Position numbers and translations under genes: made by a program | In this document: positions 37,766 to 49,544 of the stretch, piece after piece | Position numbering within the stretch: the stretch's first letter is position 1 | Layout: every line of letters begins with the position of its first letter | DNA from: Macrostomum hystrix | Lineage: Eukaryota; Animalia; Platyhelminthes | Direction: 5' to 3' | DNA: 64,000 nt | Assembly: GCA_950097015.1 (NCBI GenBank) | Contig: CATNEN010000008.1 | Coordinates: forward strand, 3,224,001-3,288,000 | The notes under the pieces: model-generated | Told to the model about the DNA's origin: nothing | Databases searched by the model: none | The model's input: the letters and a program-made list of their open reading frames with translations, nothing else

Positions 37766-38875
37766 TTAGTTGTCTTGGTCTTGACTGGCAATGCCTTTCT
37801 CTTGGTCGGTTTGGCTGACCTGGCCGTGCTGCAACGCTGCAACGCTGGCTTTGGTGCGAACAGCATCTTGTGTCGGCTGAAGGTTCACGGCAGGAGAGGC
37901 CTGTTGGTTTGTTGCCTGCACGAATAATCGGAAAGCTTCCGCGCCCAATATCTCAGGCTGCTGGATTGCTGTGAGACCACTTAGCAGCCCAGTTATGGCA
38001 AACCGTGCTGCCGTGCTCATGGTCTTCATTGTTGCTTGATAGGATTGGCGTGCAACATGTGCCAGCTGCATTGAGACAACTTTCTGCTGGTCTGGGTCCA
38101 AATACATCGCCGAAAAGGTTTCGATGAATTTGCGGTAGGCCGTATTCGTCACTTTCTCAATTGCTGGATTTTTGGCACGCTCTCTTGTCCAGAGTTGCGA
38201 AAAACTGCCTTTGCCGAATGGGAAGAGCCTTTCGTCCTCAGTGGCAGACTTGGATCGAGATTCAACAAAGCGCATGAGCAGCTCCTTGACTTCATCGACT
38301 GCAACGCGCACGGCGCCGTAGATGTTAGCCGTTTTGTGGTCATGCACTTGAAATTCGCTATTCGGATCGTGCAGCCAAGTTAAGCCTTCCTTGATAGTGG
38401 CATTTGTCGGCACATCAGGTCGCGATGCATTTCCAGGCGAAAAACACATTGACGAAGAAAGAGCAAGAATAACGTCGCTCGAGTTTACATCCGTGCTTCG
38501 CTCGGCCTTGTGTATCAGATTGCGCACATGAGATTGCAAGTTCTCAACCTCCTCTGCCTTCAGCAATTCGGCATCCAAGATATTGCGAAGCCGCGCATCA
38601 TTGGGCCGGCGCACCTTAAGTCCGAAGGACTTTGTTAGTCGCTTTACACGCTCTTCAAATTCCAACAGATGGACCTTAAGCCCGAGATTACTCAGATCAA
38701 CAAGCCGACGCGAACGGAAGTACGAGATGAGATGAGTTAATGCGTTTAAGCATAATCGGTCAGCAGATTTTCTCGTGCATTCTTCTTCGGCATATTGGCA
38801 GATTTTGTCACACACTTCGTCACCTAGAAATCCTTGCAAGTCCTCAATTTCTGAATGTAATTGGGTCCAGTGCAC
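37766..38875 (-). mobile_element. Tyrosine-recombinase (phage-integrase fold) ORF, Crypton-like / virus-derived element
   Basis: 369-aa open frame with ordered YR motifs: GNASRPDVPTNATIKE (catalytic R), FQVHDHKT..IYGAVRV (K), RLFPF, VTNTAYRKFIET (xxxR box), MQLAHVARQSY (H...Y). No ATG at the ORF start; AG acceptor just upstream (ACAATTTTAG). Confidence 0.7.
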
Positions 38876-39034
38876 ACTAAAATTGTATCAAAAAAGCCAA
38901 GAAAATGTAACAAAGTTATAAATATGAGTAGCTAAGTGGGCTTAGACATATCAAGCCTTTAAGCTGTATCATACACATGCATAGCAGATTTTCGCACAAA
39001 GACATTGCTGTCGTATTTGCAGCCACTCGCTCCC

Positions 39035-42000
39035 ATGGTCCATTGCCTGAGATGCAGCATTGGCTGTCTAGTCCTTCCTGCACTGGTGATTTTGCTTCTG
39101 CTAGCCACATCGCCTGCTGATGCAGCCTCGTCTGTGGTAATTTTGAATAAGCCAACGAATGGGGACACAATCTACATTGACAGGGACCGCAGCATCTCAT
39201 TGTCCTGCCAACCAGTCAGCTCCGAGACTACCCTCACTCTGTTCTGGTTTCATCCGCGTGACTCACTAACCCCGGTGCTCAACCAGGACATGAGCGAGCA
39301 GGTCTATATCAGACGGGACACTAGCGACCCGCGCATCCTAAAAATTTTTGTTAACAACTTCAAGGATAACGACCAGGGCAGGTAAGTGTCAATGTATGCT
39401 TCACCATAACTAGAGTCCCTTTACTTGGAGTAGTCACATATTCTGCTTTGACTAGTTTTTCACCTCATTTTCATCGTTGAACCTATTCTTCCCTCATCCT
39501 CTTCTCTCTCTCTCTTCTATCTCCCCTGATTCTCGTCTCCCCTGATTCTTCTCTTCCCTAATTATCCTCTCCCCCTGATTCACCTCTCTCCTTATTCTTT
39601 TCCCCCTAATTCTCATCTCCCTCTGATTCTCCTCTCCCTCTGGTTCTCCTCTCCCCCTGATTCTCCTCTCCGATTCTCCTCTCCCTCTGATTCTCCTCTC
39701 CCTCTGATTCTCCTCTCCCTCTGATTCTCCTCTCCCTCTCATTCTCCTCTACCCTTATTCTCCTCTCCTCTTATTCTCCTCTTCCACTGATTCTACCCTG
39801 TCTCATTCTTCTCTCTCAATCTCTTCTCCCTTCTCCCTTCTCCCTTCTCCCTTCCAATCCCTTTCCCCTATCCTGTCCCAGAAACTTGTCCCAACCTGCC
39901 AGGATCGTATTTAAATATTTCTAATCGGGAACAGTATCAACTAAGGCCTTTTGTCGTGTCCCCCAGGTACTACTGCAAGTACATCAATCAGCTGGTCAAT
40001 CCGCCAGACGTTGTCGGCGAGGACTACATCAACGTGCGCATCGTGCAGCGCATTGAGATTGAATCCGCACCAACAGAGCAGTGGATACCCTTCAACAAGA
40101 CCAGCACAATCTACTGCTCATTTAAGGGCAGCGATATCAGCGTGGCCTGGTTTTTCAAAAACCTGCCGATTCGAACTGGCGGCCGTTACACCATCAACCC
40201 GCTGCAGGGCCTCGTCATCAGCCCGTCTGTGTCGTCAGATGAGGGCACCTACGTGTGCCAGGCACGCAGCAGCGGTTCTGACTTCATGGACGTCAATATT
40301 GTTGTGCGTGTCTTTCACAAGCCCGTCATCACCTACGGGCCAGTCATCAAGTACCCGGCTGCCTGCATTAACGGAATGGACTGCTACCTAAAGTGCTTGG
40401 CCACTGGCACACCTGAGCCACAGGTGAGCTGCCTCACTCTGCTATACTTATTTAGCTCTAACTGTCACTCCTTAACAGGCAGTGACAGTATCAGGCAGTG
40501 ACAGTATCAGGCAGTGACAGTATCAGGTAGTGACAGTATCAGGCAGTGACAGTATCAGTGAGTGACAGTATCAGGCAGTGACAGTATCAGTGAGTGGCAG
40601 TATCAGGCAGTGACAGTATCAGGCAGTGACAGTATCAGTGAGTGACAGTATCAGTGAGTGACAGTATCAGTGAGTGACAGTATCAGTGAGTGACAGTATC
40701 AGGCAGTGACAGTATCAGTGAGTGACAGTATCAGGCAGTGACAGTATCAGGCAGTGACAGTATCAGGCAGTGACAGTATCAGGCAGTGACAGTATCAGGC
40801 AGTGACAGTATCAGTGAGTGACAGTATCAGGCAGTGACAGTATCAGGCAGTGACAGTATCAGGCAGTGACAGTATCAGGCAGTGACAGTATCAGTGAGTG
40901 ACAGTATCCTTGAGTGACAGTATCAGATGTCTCACAAACGCCAATTCACCCCTGTCCTGGTCAGGTGTACTGGTACCGCGGCCAAGACCGCAACAGGCCC
41001 CTGCATTTATACGGCACAAACAAGTACTTCATAGACTCCAGAGCCAATGTTGGCGAGTTGCGCATAGCCATGGCTGAGTTTCTGAAAGATGACGACATCT
41101 ACATCTGCCGAGCCATCGTCACGTCTGATGTCATCGTAAAAATCACTCCGGACATGTACACTGATGACGATATCAGTGTTGAAGTGCACCTGATACCACA
41201 GTTCCGCAACTATCAGGCAATGATGAATCGGGAGGTGCGGCTTGGCGATACGGTTCAACTGGTGTGCGAGGTCTATGCCACCAGCCCGCTAGACTTGCAG
41301 TTTCAGAAGTACGGCACCTATGCACCCTACGTCATGGGCACCCAGCCCGATGACAAAAGGATTAGTGTGAGTAGATGGGGTTCAGATTTAGTACTAACTA
41401 TGAGCACAAAAGGGATTTGGTCTGTGGATTAACTGAGCACAAATAGGAATTGGACTGTGGATTAACAGTGAGCAGATATAGGATTAGAACTGGGGATTAA
41501 CTGTGAGCGCAGATTCGGGATTAGGACTGGGGAATTACTGTGAGCGCAGATTCGGGATTAGAACTGGGGAATTACTGTGAGCGCAGATTCGGGATTAGAA
41601 CTGGGGAATTACTGTGAGCGCAGATTCGGGATTAGGACTGGGGATTAACTTTGAGCGCAGATTCGGGATTAGGACTGGGGATTAACTGTGAGCGCAGATT
41701 CGGGATTAGGACTGGTGGTTAACTTTAAGCGCAGATTCGGGATTAGAACTGGGGATAAACTTTGAGCGCAGATTCGGGATTAGAACTGGGGATAAACTTT
41801 GAGCGCAGATACGGGATTAGAACTGGGGATAAACTTTGAGCGCAGATTCGGGATTAGAACTGGGGATAAACTTTGAGCGCAGATACGGGATTAGGACTGG
41901 GGATTAACTGTGAGCGCAGATTCGGGATTAGGACTGGGGATTAACTTTAAGCGCAGATTCGGGATTAGAACTGGGGATAAACTTTGAGCGCAGATTCGGG

Positions 42001-45000
42001 ATTAGAACTGGGGATAAACTTTGAGCGCAGATACGGGATTAGAACTGGGGATAAACTTTGAGCGCAGATTCGGGATTAGAACTGGGGATAAACTTTGAGC
42101 GCAGATACGGGATTAGGACTGGGGATTAACTGTGAGCGCAGATTCGGGATTAGGACTGGGGATTAACTGTAAGCGCAGATTCGGGATTAGAACTGGGGAT
42201 AAACTTTGAGCGCAGATTCGGGATTAGGACTGGGGATTAACTGTGAGCGCAGATACGGGATTAGGACTGGGGATTAACTGTGAGCGCAGATTCGGGATTA
42301 GGACTGGGGATTAACTGTGAGCGCAGATTCGGGATTAGGACTGGGGATTAACTGTGAGCGCAGATTCGGGATTAGAACTGGGGATAAACTTTGAGCGCAG
42401 ATACGGGATTAGGACTGGGGATTAACTGTGAGCGCAGATTCGGGATTAGGACTGGGGATTAACTGTGAGCGCAGATTCGGGATTAGGACTGGGGATTAAC
42501 TGTGAGCGCAGATTCGGGATTAGGACTGGGGATTAACTGTGAGCGCAGATTCGGGATTAGGACTGGGGATTAACTGTGAGCGCAGATTCGGGATTAGAAC
42601 TGGGGATTAACTGTGAGCGCAGATTCGGGATTAGGACTGGGGATTAACTGTGAGCGCAGATTCGGGATTAGGACTGGGGATTAACTGTGAGCGCAGATTC
42701 GGGATTAGGACTGGGGATTAACTGTGAGCGCAGATTCGGGATTAGGACTGGAATTAACTGTGAGCGCAGATTCGGGATTAGGACTGGGTATTAAGAGTGA
42801 GCAGACATGGACTTACACTGTAGGTGAAGTGATCTTGTGGTTTCCACCGCCTCCCCCAATCAGGTGTGGCGCACCCAGGATCCCATGGACGGCAGGGTGC
42901 ACCGGTTGCACCTGCAGATAGAGCGTACAGTTTACCTGGACAGCTGGAACTACACCTGCATGGCAGTGAACCCCGCATGGAACAGCACCCTGAATGGCAC
43001 CGTCATGGTGCTGATGCAGCCCGATCTCAGCTCTAACAATGTGAGCATGATGTTCGGCTGGCTGCGCAATGTCACTAACATCAGCTGCATCAGCTACGGC
43101 CTGCCGCATCCCCAGTGGCGCTGGTACCGCCAGTTCGCTGAAATCCCACCCTACACCGACAACGGCACCTACAGAATCTTCACCTGGGACTATGAAATCT
43201 ACTCGCAGAGCTGGCTGCAGGTAGCTGCATCTTTTTTCTGACTCATAATAATTGATTAGCTCACATGTGCTCAAATCTCACTGTCTGACTCATATAATTA
43301 ATGATTAGCTCACATGTGCTCAAATCTCACTGTCTGACTCATATAATTAATGATTAGCTCACATGTGCTCAAATCTCACTGTCTGACTCATATAATTAAT
43401 GATTAGCTCACAGGTGCTCAAATCTCACTGTCTGACTCATATAATTAATGATTAGCTCACAGGTGCTCAAATCTCACTGTCTGACTCATATAATTAATGA
43501 TTAGCTCACAGGTGCTCAAATCTCACTATCTGACTCATATAATTAATGATTAGCTCACATGTGCTCAAATCTCACTGTCTGACTCATAATTAATGATTAG
43601 CTCATATGTGCTCAAATCTCACTGTCTGACTCATATAATTAATGATTAGCTCACATGTGCTCAAATCTCACTATCTGACTCATATAATTAATGATTAGCT
43701 CACAGGTGCTCAAATCTCACTGTCTGACTCATATAAATTAATGATTAGCTCACAGGTGCTCAAATCTCACTGTCTGACTCATAATTAATGATTAGCTCAT
43801 ATGTGCTCAAATCTCACTGTCTGACTCATAGAATTAATGATTAGCTCATATGTGCTCAAATCTCACTATCTGACTCATATAATTAATGATTAGCTCACAT
43901 GTGCTCAAATCTCACTGTCTGACTCATAATTAATGATTAGCTCACATGTGCTCAAATCTCACTGTCTGACTCATATAATTAATGATTAGCTCACATGTGC
44001 TCAAATCTCACTGTCTGACTCATAATTAATGATTAGCTCACATGTGCTCAAATCTCACTATCTGACTCATATAATTAATGATTAGCTCACATGTGCTCAA
44101 ATCTCACTGTCTGACTCATATAATTAATGATTAGCTCACAGGTGCTCAAATCTCACTGTCTGACTCATATAAATTAATGATTAGCTCACAGGTGCTCAAA
44201 TCTCACTGTCTGACTCATATAATTAATGATTAGCTCACAGGTGCTCAAATCTCACTGTCTGACTCATATAATTAATGATTAGCTCACAGGTGCTCAAATC
44301 TCACTGTCTGACTCATATAATTAATGATTAGCTCACAGGTGCTCAAATCTCACTCTGACTCATATAATTAATGATTAGCTCACAGGTGCTCAAATCTCAC
44401 TGTCCAGGTGTACCCAGACTACGGCATCGAGCGTTGGGTGTTCGATCGGTACATTTGCAACGCCAGCAACCGGATTGGCAGCGGCCGGCATGAGGTGATG
44501 TTCTACCAGGCCCACGTGCCCGGGCCTCCCAAAGCCACCCTGGTTGAGGTGACCGCCAGCAGTGTGCAGCTGGATGTGAAACCGCCCGACAATGACGGCG
44601 GCATGCACCTGTGGTACTATGAGCTGAGCTATAGCGCACTAAGCGGGCAGCTCACTTGGTAGGACCGTGATTTTCATTCTCTTGGTTTGCGTAAATCCAA
44701 ATGTACAACTGCGCGTACAATAAAATACACAGTATTGTATATTGATAGTAATAATATTATTTAATACTATGCTATAACTCAGGGGTTGGCAAACTTATTT
44801 GCTGGCGGGCCAAAGAGAGAATCTAAAAGACGACAGCGGGCCGCTTTGATTATAGAAATATGATATAAGGGAGAGATGAGACACGGGAAAGATGAGACAG
44901 AGATAACGGGAGAGACGAGAAAGGGGAGAGATGAGACACTGGAGAGATGAGACACTGGAGAGATGAGACGTGGGAGATATGACACACGGGAGAGATGAGA

Positions 45001-47519
45001 CATGGGAGAGATGAGACACTGGAGAGTTGAGACATTGGAGAGATGAGACACTGGAGAGATGAGACACTGGAGAGATGAGACACTGGAGAGATGAGACATT
45101 GGAGAGATGAGACGTGGGAGATATGACACACGGGAGAGATGAGACATGGGAGAGATGAGACACTGGAGAGATGAGACACTGGAGAGATGAGACGTGGGAG
45201 ATATGACACACGGGAGAGATGAGACATGGGAGAGATGAGACACTGGAGAGATGAGACACTGGAGAGATGAGACACTGGAGAGATGAGACACTGGAGAGAT
45301 GAGACGTGGGAGATATGACACACGGGAGAGATGAGACATGGGAGAGATGAGACACTGGAGAGATGAGACACTGGAGAGATGAGACACTGGAGAGATGAGA
45401 CGTGGGAGATATGACACACGGGAGAGATGAGACATGGGAGAGATGAGACACTGGAGAGATGAGACACTGGAGAGATGAGACACTGGAGAGATGAGACACT
45501 GGAGAGATGAGACGTGGGAGATATGACACACGGGAGAGATGAGACATGGGAGAGATGAGACACTGGAGAGATGAGACACTGGAGAGATGAGACACTGGAG
45601 AGATGAGACGTGGGAGATATGACACACGGGAGAGATGAGACATGGGAGAGATGAGACACTGGAGAGTTGAGACATTGGAGAGATGAGACACTGGAGAGTT
45701 GAGACATGGGAGATATGACACACGGGAGAGATGAGACACTGGAGAGTTGAGACACGCGAGAGTTAAGACAGAGATAACGCGAGAGACGAGAAAGGGGAGA
45801 GATGAGACATGGGAGAGATGAGACACGGGAGAGTTGAGACATTGGAGAGATGAGACACTGGAGAGTTGAGACATGGGAGATATGACACACGGGAGAGATG
45901 AGACACTGGAGAGTTGAGACACGCGAGAGTTAAGACAGAGATAACGCGAGAGACGAGAAAGGGGAGAGATGAGACACGGGAGAGTTGAGACAGAGATAAC
46001 GCGAGAGACGAGAAAGGGGAGAGATGAGACACGGGAGAGTTGAGACAGAGATAACGCGAGAGACGAGAAAGGGGAGAGATGTGACATGAGAGAGATGAGA
46101 CACTGGAGAGTTAAGACATGGGAGATATGACACACGGGAGAGATGAGACACGGGAGAGATGAGACAGAGATAACGCGAGAGACGAGAAAGGGGATAGATG
46201 TGAAATGAGAGAGATGAGACACTGGAGAGTTAAGACATAGGAGATATGACACACGGGAGATATGACACACGGGGGAGATGAGACAGGATACTGTAGGTGT
46301 TGGAAGGGGCAACGGGCCGGATTTGGGAGCTTCGAGGGCCGCATCTGGCCCGCGGGCCGGAGTTTGCCGACCCCTGCTATAACTATTTTAATTGCAGGAG
46401 GCCTGTGGGCTATGACACATCATTTGGTGACACTGGGTCCGTAGCCAGCGAGAAGGCAATTCCGCCCATTCCACTGACTCCTGAGCACACACGCACACAG
46501 ATACCGTACGCAGGCACACGCTCACAGGTGTGTACACCTGCCCTGACCTTCTCATCGTCGTCAGGCAGTGTACACTTTCACTGAGGGCCTTGGGGTTGAC
46601 CCTCAGGGTCGGAAATTGCACGACAAGCCCCCAATTTAGTGCGGCCTCACCTCAGAATCGAGCTCTGGGACATTGGTGCGAGAGGCAATCAATCTTATGT
46701 ACAATCTTATGTATATTCATTTACATAGGGTCTTGTAGTGCATGTAAAAAGTACATTCGGATGTACATTTAATATACATTCTTACTCTTAGGTTGCAGTC
46801 GTGAATTGTATTTCAAATCCATCCTATATGGTTTTATGATGTATTATAAAGGTTAAAACTTATCCCAAATAGCCATCCTATGGAGATATTCGCTCATTTC
46901 CTCATTGCATAGGTACGGGCCAGTTCAGTTCCCTCTAAATGCCGACATCCGTATTCACGGCCTGATGCCAAGCACGGACTACAGCATCCGGGTTCGGGCT
47001 AGAAATGCTGTCGGCGTCACCTCAGACGACAGTCAGGTTCCGTTCAGGATTCGAACCAAGGACCAGGGCGCGCCAGATCCCGTGATTATCGTGTCCACCA
47101 ATCGCAGCACATATCCCTATAGCCAGACGCTGCGCTGGGCTGTGCCCATGGACGGCGGCAATCCACTGATTGGCTACGAGATCCGGGTCCGGCCCGTGTT
47201 CTACGACCCGACTAGAAAGGTGATCACTGGCCACAGGGGCGACTGGATGCTGTACAGGCCTCCGTACTACAATCCCTACATCAGCGAGTACCGGGTTACG
47301 GATCTGAATGCCAACACCTGGTACGAGGCCGAGATTAAGGCGCTGTCCCGTGTTGGCGAGTCAAGCGCCCAGCGCACCGTGTTCCTGACTGCCGCGCCTG
47401 ACGCTCTCGGCCGGCCAGATCGAGTGCTGAATCAGGCGCCGCGCACTCGAGTGCCAGCTTGGCGCGCCATTGTTGCGCCGCTAGTTTCCGCGCTGTTGCT
47501 GGGCTATTGCCGAAGCTAG
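39035..47519 (+). CDS. NCAM/Fasciclin-2-like cell adhesion molecule (signal peptide, 5 Ig, 2 FN3, GPI-type C-terminus); exons 39035-39381, 39967-40423, 40965-41366, 42864-43220, 44408-44658, 46913-47519 (806 aa)
   Basis: All junctions are GT-AG and in phase (2421 nt). Ig motifs (C...W...DxGxYxC and variants) occur five times; two FN3 domains (YQAHVPGPP...GLMPSTDYSIRVRARN; YRVTDLNANTWYEAEIKA); hydrophobic tail without cytoplasmic domain. Confidence 0.88.
39490..39870. repeat. CT-rich low-complexity repeat (intron 1 of NCAM-like gene)
   Basis: (CTGATTCTCCTCTCC)n-like units. Confidence 0.85.
40478..40926. repeat. 16-bp minisatellite (GTGACAGTATCAGGCA)n (intron 2)
   Basis: Direct reading. Confidence 0.94.
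41420..42795. repeat. 37-bp minisatellite (ATTAACTGTGAGCGCAGATTCGGGATTAGGACTGGGG)n (intron 3)
   Basis: Direct reading; unrelated in sequence to the 37-bp satellite at the window ends. Confidence 0.95.
43240..44402. repeat. 49-bp minisatellite (TCACATGTGCTCAAATCTCACTGTCTGACTCATATAATTAATGATTAGC)n (intron 4)
   Basis: Direct reading; runs to within a few bases of the acceptor. Confidence 0.95.
44780..46376. mobile_element. Non-autonomous hAT-type DNA transposon (MITE) containing a 16-bp-based minisatellite
   Basis: TIRs CAGGGGTTGGCAAACT ... AGTTTGCCGACCCCTG; perfect 8-bp TSD CTATAACT at 44772-44779 and 46377-46384; subterminal GCGGGCC motifs. Confidence 0.9.
44870..46290. repeat. (GAGATGAGACACTGGA)n-based minisatellite inside the hAT element
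   Basis: Direct reading; explains the LISPVSHL ORFs. Confidence 0.93.
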
Positions 47520-47629
47520 GCGACTGAAATGCCTCCCTTTGATGGGAGATTTCCATTCCAGAAGTATTGTCTTGCAATCCACGTAGCCAGTTATTGAACA
47601 TGTCTTCTTAAATGTTAGATTTCCCTTTC

Positions 47630-48300
47630 ATAACGGAGATTCTGAGATGGAATCCCCAGTAGCTGGCAGGGGATTTCCCTTTCTTAGCCGCGATTCCGAC
47701 GGGGAATCCCCAGTAGCTGGCTGGGGATTTCCCTTTCCTAGCCACGATTCTGACGGGTAATCTCCAGTAGCTGGTAATGGAATTCCCCTTTCCTAGCCGC
47801 AATTCTGACAGGAAACCCTAGTAGCTGGCAGGGGATTCCCCTTTCCTAGCCGCAATTCTGACAGGAAATCCCCAGTAGCTTAAAGTGGGATTTCCCTTTC
47901 CTAGCCACGATTCTAACGGGGAATCCCCAGTAGCTGGCAGCGGATTTCTCATTCCTAGCCGCGATTCTGAAAGGAAAACCCAGTAGCTGGCAGGGGATTC
48001 CCCTTTCCTAGCCGCAATTCTGACAGGAAATCCCCAGTAGCTGGCAGGGGATTCCCCTTTCCTAGCCGCAATTCTGACAGGAAATCCCCAGTAGCTTAAA
48101 GTGGGATTTCCCTTTCCTAGCCACGATTCTAACGGGGAATCCCCAGTAGCTAGCAGGGGATTCCCCTTTCCTAGCCGCAATTCTGACAGGAAATCCCCAG
48201 TAGCTTAAAGTGGGATTTCCCCTTCCTAGCCAAGATTCTAACAGGGAATCCCCAGTTGCTGGTAGTGGAATTCCCCTTTCCTAGCCGCGATTCTGACAGT
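47630..48300. repeat. ~54-bp minisatellite downstream of the NCAM-like stop
   Basis: Unit ~CCCCAGTAGCTGGCAGGGGATTCCCCTTTCCTAGCCGCAATTCTGACAGGAAAT. Confidence 0.88.
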
Positions 48301-48589
48301 GAAAACCCACTATTGAAAAAAATAAAGTAGATTAAAAGTCGCTACATGTGCATCGTCGTTTATATTTTGTACAAAAAAGCTGAAATCACGTTTTGAATTT
48401 ATGTAATTCCTGTTGAGCTCTGTATTTTATCTGACAAAGTTTAAAATCTATCATTCCAATGCTTTTACTGCCAATCTTATTTTAAAAAATGTTTTACGTT
48501 CGCTTATGTAAATGCTGTTCATTCCACTGTGTGTTGGTCACTGCTGAGAGTTCTTTTTGTTAAGATTAGAAAGCCTGGGTAGGGTAGGG

Positions 48590-48955
48590 TCTTTCAGGCC
48601 TGGACTGCTACCAGCCCCTTTCCTTCAGGCCTGGACTGCTACCAGCCCCTTTCCTTCAGGCCTGGACTGCTACCAGCCCCTGTCCTTCAGGCCTGGACTG
48701 CTACCAGCCCCTGTCCTTCAGGCCTGGACTGCTACCAGCCCCTGTCCTTCAGGCCTGGACTGCTACCAGCCCCTGTCCTTCAGGCCTGGACTGCTACCAG
48801 CCCCTGTCTTTCAGGCCTGGACTGCTACCAGCCCCTGTCCTTCAGGCCTGGACTGCTACCAGCCCCTGTCCTTCAGGCCTGGACTGCTATCAGCCCCTGT
48901 CCTTCAGGCCTGGACTGCTACCTTCAGGCCTGGACTGCTACCTTCAGGCCTGAAC
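48590..48955. repeat. 31-bp minisatellite (TTCAGGCCTGGACTGCTACCAGCCCCTGTCC)n
   Basis: Direct reading. Confidence 0.93.
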
Positions 48956-49544
48956 TAGTTAGCAGTCACTTCTTGTGCAGTGGCGATAAAGTTCACAAAA
49001 TCTTCCCGTAGAGCAGAAAAGTGGGCTCTTTTGCGGCATTCCCAAATATCTTACTGCAATGTAAAGTTGTTTACATTAGGCATTAAGTTTATTTTTATTG
49101 TATATAACATATAACACATATAACATTCCCGATCATCATAAAGTGCTATTCATACTACTTGTTGATGACTTTAGTAGTTTAAAAAAACGATAATTTTGTA
49201 TCGCTTTGTTTACAAGAACTGCATTGTACTGTCAATCTATTGCGTCTAATTAGGGACATTCCAGAGTTTTTAATGCACTTTTGTAAAAAAACTTACTATT
49301 TAATTTGTACTTTTCCTGTCCGCTACCTGATCCCTGACATTGTCATTTCTAAGCTGTTTCAGAGACCAGAGAAATATGAATAAACATGAAATCGGTGTGT
49401 AGGGATTGCATCAAATGTAATTTGATGTACTACTGTCAGTAGCAGTGTGGCCGCTAAGCTATGCGAACACCAAATAAATGCAATAGGAATTTTCTCATTG
49501 TCTTTTTATTTCGTTTAGAGTTTGAGTAATAAAGAAACGGTGGG

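Noticed and set aside
44779-46312. Long Ser/Leu/His-rich ORFs
   Set aside because: Repeat interior of the hAT MITE.
46620-46690. tRNA-derived SINE remnant on the minus strand (GAGCTCGATTC, B-box-like)
   Set aside because: No A box or tail recognisable; too weak without a family consensus.
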